Source of the DNA: Mytilus californianus
Taxonomy: Eukaryota
NCBI RefSeq assembly: GCF_021869535.1
Contig: NW_026262712.1
Span: 110,422,001-110,486,000 of the forward strand
Reading direction: 5' to 3'
DNA length: 64,000 nt
Position 1 is the first letter of the stretch. Each line of letters opens with the position of its first letter. The translations under genes and the position numbers were made by a program. The notes beneath the pieces were generated by a model, which had not been told where the DNA came from, ran no database searches, and saw only the letters and a program-made list of their open reading frames with translations. Positions 25,606 to 38,100 of the stretch are shown here, one piece after another.

Positions 25606-26495
25606 TCCCATGGAACAAACTGTGCCCTCTTCTTGCCGACTTGTTCCTTTATTCATATGAGGCTGATTTCATACAGGAACTTCCTAGGAAGAAAAAAAAA
25701 AAGAAGTTAGCAGTATCCTTTAACTTTACTTTCCGCTATGTAGATGATGTTCTCTCCCGAAATAATTCAAAATTTGGTGACTATGTTGAACGAATCTATC
25801 CCATCGAACTTGAGATAAAGGATACAACAGATACAGTTAAGTCTGCCTCATATCTTGACTTACATCTAGAAATTGACAATGAGGGTCGGTTAAAAAAAAA
25901 AACTTTACTACAAAAGATATGATTTCAGCTTCCCAATTGTGAACTTTCCAATTCTATGTAGCAACATTCCAGCAACGCCTACATACGGAGTATATATCTC
26001 CCTCCAGGGCTAGTATTTCCTATCATGATTACCTTGATGGAGGGTTGCTGCTTACAAGGAAGCTATTAAACCAAGAGTTCCAAGTGGTGAAGTTGAAATC
26101 ATACCTTCGCAAGTTTTATGGACGCCATCACGAGCTGGTTGACCGTTATGGAATATCCGTTTCACAGATGATAGCGCACATGTTACTAATGTCGTAACTA
26201 CAATCCCGTCCCGAATGTGACCTACCCAATTAGACTTAATACCGGGTCTGTACTAACATGAGCAACACGACGGGTGCCACATGTGAAGCAGGATCTGCTT
26301 ACCCTTCCGGAGCACCTGAGATCACCCCCAGTTTTTGGTGGGGTTCGTATTGCTCAGCCTTTGGTTTTTTATGTTGTGTTTTTTGTACTATTGTTTGTCG
26401 GCTGGTCTTTTGTTTTTAGCCATGGCGTTGTCAGTTTATTTTTGACTAATGAGTTTGAATGTTCCTCTGGTATCTTCCGCCTCTCTTTTACTTAA
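25606..26495 (+). mobile_element. Penelope-like retroelement, 3' portion (RT core and terminal region)
   Basis: GIP(M)GTNC.../LFLYSYEADFIQEL...SFNFTFRYVDDVLS...YPIELEIKDTTD...SASYLDLHLEID...FPIVNFP, followed by the CTTCCGGAGCACCTGAGATCACCCCCAGTTTTTGGTGGGGTTCG terminal segment. Related terminal segments occur near 22220-22330, 24580-24730, 26750-26950, 31130-31310, 49560-49740, 54700-55080 and 60200-60400. Confidence 0.8.
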
Positions 26496-27689
26496 AGGGA
26501 TAGAACTACAGTCAAGAAAATAGATTTCCTAAAGTCGGGCCAGTTCAACTAAGATTTCTTTATATAGGTTTCCCCCCAGACGGAGGCTAGATACGTTAAC
26601 AGTTGCAAATTTTGCTGGTAAATATCTACCACCAATTCAAACGTCCTATACTATAGTACCAGTCCTGGTATCTATGATGAGTTTATTTCCCTCCTCGTTT
26701 TTGATTGTGACATTACCGAATGAAATGTATTTGCACGAGCAACACGGTGGTTCTACGTGTTGATCAGGAACTTCTTTCCCTCCCGGTACACATGAGCTCA
26801 CTCCAGTTCTTTGGGTTCGTGTTGCTAGTCTTTGGTTTTCTGTGTAATGTTTTGTCATTGTTGTTTTCATCGTTCTTCTTTTGACCTTCATGATGTCTGT
26901 TTTGATGGGACTTATCATTTTTGATTGACCCCTTGTTGTCTTCTTTCTTTTTGTTGGATATCTCATATTTACTACTTACTTCGAACAAGTTACCAGCAAA
27001 ATATTATAGCGTTATATGTTCTTTTGTAATGGCAAGGGAATATCATAACGTTTTCATCATGTCTTTCAGAAAATAATCTTTCACAACCAAAACTATATAC
27101 TATAAGAATATTTCTTTCCAATCGTGTTACATTGTATCAATTTCGTTCATTTTACCGAGAATACGGAAGATTAAAATTTAAAGGAAAAAGTATTAAGTGT
27201 CAAATGTTTAAAAACACAAACGATTGAGATATACACCCCATCCCATTGTCTAACATGATTTTTTTGCTCTAATGGTTGTACTTTCACCTCGTTAAGATAA
27301 TTTTTCGTCGAATATAATAGTTTGTAATGCTTCCTTGTTGTCATAGTAGTAATCAGATATTGAACATTTTGGCTGAAATTGTGTCCGCTTTTGCCTCTTA
27401 AACAGAATGACCAACACAGATTAATATATCTTGTTTGTGGGAGGTAAAACCACGCTTTGTAAAGAAAATCCGACCTGATTCGAACAAAGAGAAGCGCAGT
27501 ACAGTAGATATTTAACCCGATTGTTGCATTTGGTCCAAACAATGGTAGACTTATGTTCCTTATATAATTTTACATCTACATGCAATCAGATAACGTAACC
27601 GAAAAGGTTTGTAGAGAGGTATTACACTGATTATTTTACTTCCTATCACCACTTTGTAAAAGGAAAAAAGCTATAAGTTGATAATAGAC

Positions 27690-30170
27690 AGCTGTATAAC
27701 GAAAATAAAAAGAGAACAACAAACGATAGTCAACAAAATACTACACATTAATTATCCAACACTATCCTTCACCCTTTTTCCAAAATAAATTAAATAGGTG
27801 TCCCGGAAGAGTTAACACATGCTGCTCTACTAGTTTCACATATCCACCGTGCATGTCATGGGAAGTTAAAGATTCGGTGTAAGTCGCATTCAGTGATGTC
27901 AATTAGAAAAGGACGAGACTGTGGCAGCAACATGTGGAATATATCCATGGTCATTTGTGACCCATATATTTCATCAAGGTCAAGAATAGAATCCTGGCGT
28001 CCGATAAATGTTTACTTTACCTTTACCTTTTTCCACCCGATGTAAAACTTCTTTGCAATCAGTAACCCTCTGTCCAAGGAAATCACGATAGGAAACGCAA
28101 TTCCTTAACTATCATATTAACTTGAAAGTATACACCCTCCACAGGTAGTAACTACTTTAATTGCACTAAATATAAATGGAAAGATCTCAATTATAAATTG
28201 AAATGATTTTATGTATCGTATAGTTTGGATCTAAACCAACTCACACTGCTAATTTCAAGATTTAAGTCTAGATATGAAGCACGTGTGGATTTCGTTATTT
28301 TTTTATTTTTTTGGAGTTCAATTGGAATGTATTAGATCAACATACATGACATAGGCATCAAATTTTACCAATAAGAACGTGAAGATAAAAGATAATACTA
28401 GCTTCTTATAATTGTTTTTGAGAAGCTCCCATACGAAGTCTGCCTCATATGAATAAACAAAAAGTCGGCAAGAAGAGGGGTACAGATGGTTCCCGCATAA
28501 ATGACCACTTTCTGTTGAAAAATACGTACACCAAAAGTAAAGAATATAATACCAATTAAAAGTAACCGTGTATATCGTACAATTACACCTTATATAAAAT
28601 ATTTTGATTGGTTGATAGCTATTGTATTTGTCATGTATCTTCGTTAATGAGATTTGTTCATGCATGCCTATCGCCGGGATAAATATGCACAAGTGTATGC
28701 CTTAGTTACTCTTGTCAGTAGTATATGCATGTTTTACCCTTCACGGAGTCTTTTGATCATTTGTGCACTTTTTAAATGTGGTTGTCTTTGCTAACGTCTT
28801 AAAGCGAAAGAATAAATGAATTTAATTTCAAATGATATAATTGTTTCTATAACAGTCCTGAGTAGAAATTTCCTTTGCCTGACGGCTCAGCAAATGTTAC
28901 GGTCTCTTGACTGATATTTGTCGTAAATCCCCCTCTCAAAAATGATAAATCTATTTATGATTTGTCGATAGAGTTAGAAAAATTTCCAGTGCAAGACTTG
29001 TTCCTTCCAAAAACAACCTATTTATGTCTAGTTGGTCCTTTTTATGACACAAAATAAGGCATGCAGTTTTGCAATCTGTCTTTTAGTTTAGAATAACGAT
29101 AAATTGTACACAAAGTAAATAAGTCAAATATTTTATATTATATCTAGGGGAGAGGGACTAAGATAGAAAGTACTCCTGCATATTTTTTTATTTTATTTTA
29201 TCCATATCCAATCCAGATCGCTCCAAGAGAAGATTAATTCATTAAAATAAATTCTGAACCCCGGTTTTTAATGATAATAAATTAGATGTTAGTTATATGA
29301 ACGCGGTTTCTTGAGGCATTTAGCAGACCAAGCAATAAAACGTTTGTAAGAACACCTACGTAATTTGTGTATCTAACAGGGTAAAGGATCGTATTTGGCT
29401 GATTTTAGAAAGAAAAATACAACAGGTAAATTATTGATCAGGATTTCCTCTATAGTAGGTTTCATACTGACAAATGTTGGGTCCGTCGTTAAAGAAGACA
29501 TTTGATATCAAAGTGAACTGTAAAATAATGTAATTTGCCTACACAAACGATATCACTTAGGATCACATTATATATATTTATTTTAGTTGCAACAGATGTT
29601 AAGCACTATTTTTGCCTTTGAATATAGATTCAAAACACGAAGTCTCAAAGGCTCTTTCAGTTTTCTTTTTGTATCAACGACCTCACACCTTTAGGTCGTC
29701 CAGTTAGAGTTTGAAATATCTTTTTTTGCAGATTTTGCCCATTGTTTGGCACAATCAACGAAACAATCTATCAGTATTTGAAAGTTTTAGGCTATCACAT
29801 TTGATAGAGAATTGTGGTTGACAATGTTAAAATCACAGGTTATAACGTGGTCAGTCGGATGATGTGTAAATTAGAAACTTGTAGAGGTCCAATCAGGACG
29901 TTGAAAAGTTGCATTTGTCGACATACGATCCTACAACTCGTGTTGAAGTCGAACATTTTAGTTGAAATAGGCTTGGAGTAGATACAAGTGATGATTTGAA
30001 CAAATTATCTTGAAAGAAGGGAGGTATGTTAATATTTATTATCTGATATAGGATATAGCCTAAGTTAATAGCTTCAGCAAGAACTTTATTGTCGAAAAGG
30101 AGCGTTTGTATGTGCAATCTTCTTCAAATCCACAGGTATAGGCAATATTCGAGATGATAGCTGAAAAGTT
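27690..30170 (-). mobile_element. Interrupted, decayed Penelope-like retroelement
   Basis: Minus-strand fragments in expected order: LFDNKVLAEAINLGYIL...IPPFFQD, YSKPISTKMF, DHVITCDFNIVNH...DCAKQWAKS, PTFVSMKPTIEEIL, LFVYSYEADFVWELLKNNYKKLVLSFIFTF, then terminal segment near 27800. Unrelated sequence interrupts about 28500-29400. Confidence 0.65.
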
Positions 30171-31551
30171 TAATGATAAGAATTGGGGGTTTGTAACGGG
30201 TTTTTCTAAGACTAATTTGTCCATTTGATTTAGCTACGAACATTAATTATTATATATCACGAAAAAAGGCAAGACATAGGGCTGTTTATCCGGCGGTGGC
30301 AGCGTAAACTATGTATATAAAGCATTATATTTCAGAAGTGACTGCTTAAAAACTATAATTTTTATCACGTATTTTTTTACTTTGTATAAGCAAGATGGTA
30401 ACTATATTTAAGATAAAGGATCCGTCAGACAGTGTTCATAAGGATGAACGTTAAGTTTCGTGGTCAAATCCGTTTCTTAGATATTAAACGTAATAGTTCA
30501 ACTATATTTGTATGGAATGCTTTTGAGTTGTATATGTTCGTCTGCCAGCGTTCAGCTGCCCTTGTAGTTGTAATTTAACTATACTATAGTTGCCCTAATG
30601 ATTATTGTAAGGTGTACATGTCAGGTTCGTTCCACTTTTAGCTTATTTTCATCGTTCATAGGTTTTTCATGTTTTTGTTTAATGTCTATTTCTCAGATAC
30701 TATATGCAAAAGATCAGCCTTTTTTAGTGAATGGCATGACTGTAAAGTGTGCACGTCCGTTTGGGATCATTTGTCATTTTGTGGTTTCATGATTTGGTCT
30801 TTCTCAGATCCTAAACTATATTTAGCGTATGGAATATGGTTAGGTACACCATGTACACATGCCAATACGGAAGTATTACCGTGATCTTAAAGACTTCCAG
30901 CTTAAAATTCAATCATGATAAGGAAAGCACGCGAGACATATCAGCCTATGCACTCTTGTTATTTTTTTATCAAACGTTACATCACCCCTCAATCCAATTT
31001 AAATAATGTGACAATTTGTCCTGTCTAGAAACCCAAGAATTATAGCAAAATGTATTAAAACTGTTAGAAAAAAGATGATGAAATTTATCTAATTGTCCAT
31101 GAGATTATTGTAAAAAGAAGTGGAAGATATCATGGGGACATTTAAAGCTCATAAGTCGAGATAAACTGATAACTTTATGGCAAAAAAACGAAAGACAAAG
31201 AAAACACACATAAGTCCACACATAGAAAAATAATGACTGAGCAACACAAACTCCACCAAAAACTAAGGGTGATCGCAGGTGCTCTGGAAGGGTAAGCAGA
31301 ACCCGATCCATTACATACATATTGTAAAATATGTGCATATACAATTACACCGAAGCCATTATATTATAAAATGTGTATTGTGGAAAAGTTAGAAGTAGTC
31401 GCCAAAAATATATAAAATTCACATTACTTAAAATCTAAGTTAACATGTATTTTTTTTTCTGAGCAAGATTTTACATACATTTTGCTTGGATATAAAAAGG
31501 TTCGTAGAAAACATGACATTAGAAATGTAACGTTAGAAATATTAGTAAACG

Positions 31552-33702
31552 TTATTTTAATTCAATATCTAAGAAATCAGATACTAAGCTTAAACCTTTT
31601 TTCAAAACAGGCGGCACCGAATCACGCTCAACCAAAGGCTGCAGAATCTCAATGGCAATATTTTTTGCAATACGTTTACCAGGATTAAAATGTTTGACAA
31701 ACAAATCTTTGTATATAAGAGGAAGTCTGCAGTAGAAAAGATAAAAATCCGTTAATATAAAATCAGGTATTGTCTCAGCTTCTCGAAGTGCTAGACCTAA
31801 ATGGATGATCGAATTCAGGTATTCCGCCGAAGTTGTACTTTGTAGATTAAAGTCTTTTAGTAAACGAAGAGCCTTCCATTTTTCAATATTGTTTCCTAGA
31901 TAATGATGGCATAGAAACAGTAAATAATACATTCGTATCTGCGGATGAACAATAAGCATGTCCTTCTCCAAATTTGCAGTTTGAAATTCTTCTTGATAAA
32001 ACATTATATGTGGCTTTGCTTTTGGAGTAAGGTAAAATAAATCAGAACACGAATGCTTATATCGCTGCACAAAATGTAATCCAATATTTTCTAACATTTT
32101 ACTACTGGGGTGAGGCTTCAAACCAGGAGTTATCATCTGATGATCGGTCGAACTTTTAAATTGACATAGTTGAATTATCTCTAAAGTTTTCCCTAGTTGT
32201 TTGCGTTGAAAAAAGAATTCGGCCAGTAGAAGCCAACCGGTATATGAATCAGAAAACGTACCTAGTATGGTATACCAAATGCATTTCTTGTAGTCTGGAT
32301 AGAATGTTTTATTACATTTTCGATTTTGTAAATTTGTATATCCATCATGTGATATCATAAATGGATAATGCTTCGCCAAAGATCCGCACAGTTTTGAAAA
32401 CCAAATGAAGCATACGTGTTTTAAAAGCTTACATTTTCTATGAGACATAATACAATAAATAGGCTGATATATGGCATTACTACCGCCATATCCTATCCCA
32501 TGCATATAATGTAAAAGCGGATAGATGATTGAGTCTATGTTAGAATAGTTTTTTCTGAACAATTCAGAAGTTAAAGGTGTTTTAATATGGTCAAACAAAT
32601 ATGAAAGAGTTTGTATTTGTTTTAAGGAATTATTTTCACTAGTGAAAAAATTACGCAAAAGTGATAGTAATAACTTCTTTTTAGGTACATCAATTTTTCC
32701 TTTTATCAAATTGTTCTTTGGTAGAAAGTAGTTTGGAAGGATATTGTACTGTATAAAAAATACTAGTCTTTTTATGCATGCTTGAAAGCATTCAAACAAT
32801 TTGCAAGGTTGCCATTCAGAAATCTGAGATTCTTCAATCATCCAGAATAATACTGTTTTCATAAAGTATGAACACATGGTATCTTTTATTTTTTGGTGAA
32901 CTACTAGTAATTCTTTTAATGTATATTTTAGTAACGCATAACACACAATTTGTGTATGATTAAACGAATGAACAAGCATTTTTTCCGCAATTGAGAAAGA
33001 CATTCTCCATTCGTAAGGATTTTCCTTCTTGTTGTTAAATTTACTTCCAATAGGTGCCAGTAAGACATTATCTCGTATTATATCTTCAATCAGTTCTGTT
33101 GGGGGCCATTCATAATTGCGAGGTCTTGTTATCCACTCTGCAGCTATTGTTGGCCACGAATGACATTTGTAAGTAGACAAGAAATCATACGATCCACAAA
33201 TGGTAGAAGAACAAGGACCATGTATCTCTGAAAAATTCTCCAAAAATGTGCTTGTAGCATTTGGCATATTTATGTTTTGTATTAACTGTTTGTAGTGTTC
33301 ATTTGATAATATAATGTGGTTTCCAGAGTACACATGGTTCGGTTGTATCCCATTTCTTTTTTTCATATGTAGCTCAATATGAACATATCCCGGTGGTGTA
33401 TTTTCGAAATCTAAAAAAAGTCCATATTGCAAGTCACTTGGTATTTCAGATTTTGTATTGTATACTGTGTCCACCTGGTTGATATACATAATATCTAAGT
33501 CACTCCCTGGTAAGTCTAAGCCTTCTGATTTACTTCCACTGGTCACTACTCGCCAATTAGGACTGTACTGTAAAGCATGATCTAGCACTTTAAAGAATAT
33601 CCTTCGTGCTCGGACGTCTTTTTCAGAGCCAACAATTTTGCAAAGAAAATCAAAAAGTTCAAGTGAGAAATTTGACTCTAGCATCGCGGCTGGAAATTCC
33701 AT
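31552..33702 (-). CDS. Mab-21 domain nucleotidyltransferase / cGAS-like receptor (cGLR) with C-terminal helical extension, 716 aa
   Basis: Uninterrupted ORF. NTase motif SGSKSEGLDLPGSDLDIM (G56-S57, D68, D70), PPGY, HGP, likely third acidic residue D173, WPTIAAEWITRPRNYEWP, EWRMSFSIAEKML, CSYFMKTVLFW, PNYFLPKNNL. A splice acceptor TTTTAATTGTAG| lies 2 nt before the ATG, implying a 5'-UTR intron. Confidence 0.93.
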   Translation of the reverse strand: MEFPAAMLESNFSLELFDFLCKIVGSEKDVRARRIFFKVLDHALQYSPNWRVVTSGSKSEGLDLPGSDLDIMYINQVDTVYNTKSEIPSDLQYGLFLDFENTPPGYVHIELHMKKRNGIQPNHVYSGNHIILSNEHYKQLIQNINMPNATSTFLENFSEIHGPCSSTICGSYDFLSTYKCHSWPTIAAEWITRPRNYEWPPTELIEDIIRDNVLLAPIGSKFNNKKENPYEWRMSFSIAEKMLVHSFNHTQIVCYALLKYTLKELLVVHQKIKDTMCSYFMKTVLFWMIEESQISEWQPCKLFECFQACIKRLVFFIQYNILPNYFLPKNNLIKGKIDVPKKKLLLSLLRNFFTSENNSLKQIQTLSYLFDHIKTPLTSELFRKNYSNIDSIIYPLLHYMHGIGYGGSNAIYQPIYCIMSHRKCKLLKHVCFIWFSKLCGSLAKHYPFMISHDGYTNLQNRKCNKTFYPDYKKCIWYTILGTFSDSYTGWLLLAEFFFQRKQLGKTLEIIQLCQFKSSTDHQMITPGLKPHPSSKMLENIGLHFVQRYKHSCSDLFYLTPKAKPHIMFYQEEFQTANLEKDMLIVHPQIRMYYLLFLCHHYLGNNIEKWKALRLLKDFNLQSTTSAEYLNSIIHLGLALREAETIPDFILTDFYLFYCRLPLIYKDLFVKHFNPGKRIAKNIAIEILQPLVERDSVPPVLKKGLSLVSDFLDIELK

Positions 33703-34106
33703 AGCTACAATTAAAAGAGTTATAGCATGATCACTGAATAATGAAAAACGTAAAATATGTTTAGGTCAAGCCTTGAAATTGAAAACAAAAAGTTAAGACC
33801 TTTCAATTATGTTCTCAGTTTTAAAAATCATAAAGAATGATAGAAACCATATAATTCATGCTTCGGAATGGCAAGCATGTGCTAGAATCAAAATAGTTGT
33901 TTGTTTAAACATTTTAAACAATATATTATCTAAAAGAAACTGCTTTCAATTCAGTGACAAGTTCAGTATAGTGTGGAGGTAGGTCCATGGTATCAATTCG
34001 GCCTAAAATCAATTATTTTTAAATATATTTTGAAAAATTTTGTTGTTGTGTTTTAGATAGAAGACACCAACATAAATCTGTAAAGCTAGGTGGATAAGAT
34101 ATTGCA

Positions 34107-35107
34107 CAGTGATCTGGAAGGATTTTTTCTCTATGGGCCCAGGACCCCCCAAAAATAAATTCAATGGGCCATTTTTAGAATTAATGGGCCATGTTGTCAA
34201 ATGAGTGGGCCATTCGTTTACAATAAAAAAATAAAAAAAGTGTATATTTCACTTTACTTACAAGTATGATTCTAATTAATATCATGGATATTGTTCCTGT
34301 GGTTTTGTAATTTCAATTTCAATGAATATACAATAACTTCTTCCAAACCGGGCAATATTCACGATAACCTTTATTTACAATGTTAAAACTGGTACTGTTC
34401 CCTTGTTCATGTTCATGGTTTTTGTAAATTAAATTTGTGTCTTCGTCGATACCATACTTATTAGAGGACGTTTATGGCATTTCCTCTGCACTTGTATTAT
34501 TATTACTTCATCACGATAACAAGAATAACAGTAGAGAGCAACGTTAATTAATAAGACACAACAACAATTCACTGAAGGCATGTTTATAAAATGTCAAAAC
34601 GAGCCAAAGACCAAACAAATAGACAAGGACAGTTAAGCCCGTTTATTGAGACAAATACTATGCTATTCATAAAAAGGCTTTTGGGTTTTTCAATCGAAAT
34701 AATAGCAAGCTTACTTAAAAGATTATAATTAGAGAAGAATTCTCGCCTGTACTAGCCAATTTTCACAAATTTAAAGTTGTTTATAAAAAAATATATCATG
34801 AATGATGGTTAATTACGTTTTTTGGGTAATCAGTCATATCGCATGTTGCTATTATTACCATAGGAAAACACCCGAGACGTCCCAAAAATATATAGGTGCT
34901 CCTATAATTGGAGTAAACACTACACAGTTGTGTACTCACACATGGCGGCACGAAATACAATCGGAAATCCATTTGACGATATCTCAACGTTTCAAAACGA
35001 AGTGAAAAATATCATGCGCCACGCGGGCGCTTACATTTGTCACTCTATCCGCCATTTCTGGTCGATAAGCGCAATTGGCGCAAGGCGCACGTCCTTCCCG
35101 ATCACTG
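34107..35107. mobile_element. Non-autonomous hAT-like DNA transposon, 1001 bp, present only in copy A
   Basis: TIRs CAGTGATCTGGAAGGA / TCCTTCCCGATCACTG; 8-bp target duplication ATATTGCA (34099-34106) / AAATTGCA (35108-35115); four subterminal TGGGCC motifs at about 34135-34212; empty site GATATTGCATACAACG near 41568 in copy B. Confidence 0.9.
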
Positions 35108-38100
35108 AAATTGCATACAACGTATATTGAATTAATTAACTAATATTTGTCTCTAGATGTTCATTTTCTTATTGTCTGTCCTTGCTGCTTACTATCTATA
35201 TTTTTTTTTGGTTTTAACATAAAATATAACATGGTTACAGTAATGAGGAAAATGAAATTCTATGCACAAAATAGATCAAAAAAAAAATTTAAAATGAAAC
35301 GGTAACTTACTTCAATAATGATATGCACGCAACTTTTATATGGTAATATGTTGACTGTAGAACATGAACGATTCTGTTTTTATATACTCATGCACCTTCC
35401 GTGTTGTTCATAACGTTCCCAAAATTTGTTTTTTCATTGTTTTACTTTATAGATATTCATATTAGTTATATTGTAAAAGAAATTATTTCATTTACAAGGA
35501 AGTTGTCTAAAAATTAGTGTTTTTTAGTTAATTCTTCCTTAAAAATAAAAGAACTATGTAACCGCTTCGTTGGTCTCGTGGTATCGTGCGGGAGGTCACG
35601 GATTCAATTTCTGGCCGATACAAACTGAAAACTTTGTTATTCGTGGAAAACAAACTATACACAAAACAAAACTGAGAATATGCACCCTCTTTATATGTAA
35701 AAACGCTCAGTGCAATATAAAAGTTCAAGTTTAAAAACTTTACATAAATGTAGGAGTAAGCCGGACTACTCTGCATGCCTTATATTATCATATAATTGAG
35801 AATGGAAACGGGGAATGTGTCAATGAGACAACAACCCGACCAAAAGAGCAGAAAACAGCACAAGGCCACCAAATGGGTCTTTAACACAGCGAGAAAATTC
35901 CGCACCCGGAGGCGGGCTTTAGCTGGCCCTTAAGCAATAATGAATACTAGTTCAGCGAAAATGGAAGTCACGCTAAACTCCGAGACATATACATGATCCA
36001 AAATTGAAAAAAAATATACAAGACTAACAAAGGTCAGAGGTTCCTGTCTTGGGACAGGTGCAAAAATGTGACGGGGTTAAACATGTTTTGTGAGATCTCA
36101 ACTCTTAGCAAAAATATCATACATTTATATTCTGTATAAGTTGCATTTTACAAAGTATTTCTACGAGCACACATACATATACATATTTGGTGACACTTAA
36201 ACGATCACAGGAGAAAAAAAATAAAAACAAAAACCGGATTTCAACTGTCTTGCTATAACTTTAGCCAATGTGGAATAAACAAACACACGCATGTAGTAAA
36301 ACACAGTTCAAAAGTAGTCCGAGTCCGATGTTAGAATATATGGGTAATTAAAGAAACTCAGCAAAATGACAATGACAAAAATAAATTAACAAATGGCTAC
36401 TAGCAGTTACTGACATTCCAGCTCCAGACCTCAATTGCCTTAATTACCAAAATGCCAAAGCTCATGCAGCAACCTGTCATTTTTTAAAATTCAAACCAAA
36501 ATTTTGACAAAATGCAAACCATTAGTACATGTATTAACACCAGGTACATAATTTAAAAGTTGTATCTTGAAAACTGTAGTCATATACTTATTAACTTTCC
36601 AATTCAAGGGGCCAATGAATATTTACTAAAACTACAAATGAGCAATAAATACATACTTGTCCATCTTGCATTAATCATGTGTTATCTAAATGTCTTTGAT
36701 TTTGTGTGTCGTTATTTGATCAGTTGCTGGCTTATTGTATATATCCCACATCTCCCTTTATTCCAAAAAAGGAATTTACCAAGTTGAACGCTTTATTTTT
36801 TTTTAACATTACTTGTATACTTGTTAAATAAAACTCCTTATAAGACTGCGAATGCCCTTGGGCCTTTTTCGTTGCTTATACAGGCACCTTTTTCAATCGT
36901 CTGTGAGTCGTTTTGTTCCCCACTTTGTAAAATGGTGCGTTTTTAGTCATCTTTACTTGTACAGTATGTCCAACTCAACACATCAAAAACAAATCCATCC
37001 CTGAAGACCCAAACGTAAATTAACATGAATCTAAAATAAACATGTTAAGGATGTACACCTCTGAGGAGCCAACAATTTCTAGAATTAAACTCTTTTTCTT
37101 AACCTGATTTTTGGGTTTATATGACTGTAAAAAAATAATTGGTGAAGAAAAAATCATATGATGGTGCACTTCTTTTTTTGCTACGGCCATTTGAAAGTAC
37201 ACAATTTTGAAGATTTTCCCATTTTTCATCAACTTTTACCCATTTTGAGGCTAATATTATGAAAAAAATCACAATTTCACAATTAAACTTTTTTCATACT
37301 TTCACTAAAGATGAAGTGGACCAATCTGAATAAATTTTACTTAAAAAAAAACTATAGGTAGGTGTTAATATAAGAAAGTTTTATAAAATTTTGTTGCTTT
37401 TTCGTGTCAAATTTGCTATGCTGTCAATTTTGTAAATTTGGGATTTTTCTAATTTTTTTTAGAACAGACAGCATATTATTTCAACTTCTTTGTTATAAAT
37501 GATTGAAAAAATACATATCTAAGAATCTGAAAAGAAAAAAATTGATATGGGATGTACATATTTCTGGTAAAATTATTTCTTATACCCTTCACCCATTTTC
37601 TCAACATTTTGGCTAAAGAGACTGACTTGATTGGTTATAAAATGTGAAAATTTTATTACTCAAATACTACCTATTGTAAATACACAATTTTTTCACAGAG
37701 TTAATTTTGATTATAATGTTTTTTAAATGCATTGATATTTTCCACTTGTATCACATGTTTTGGAAATAATTCCAGAATGAGATTTCAACGAGACTGAAAC
37801 GTAAGAAGGTCAGTTTCTTTTGTCGATTGTATAATATAGGTTAATGAAAATAATTTATTTCAGAATGAAATTGACAAAAAAAATGTAACGAGATCTGAAT
37901 AGTGTTTCCTCTGTAGTGTTTTGTAAATTTCCTACTAATTCAATATTACATTCCACTGATTTAATTTTATTTCGTCCTAACTGAGTGCACATTTAGTGTT
38001 GACATGCCATATTTTCATGGCTTTGTTAAGTTCGGCCAAATACCATCTTTCTTCTTGAACGTTCAATGCCAACAAATCATTTTCTGTCCGAGTTTCCACG

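Noticed and set aside
27171-27542. 123-aa minus-strand ORF
   Set aside because: No recognisable domain or exon context; sits between retroelement fragments.
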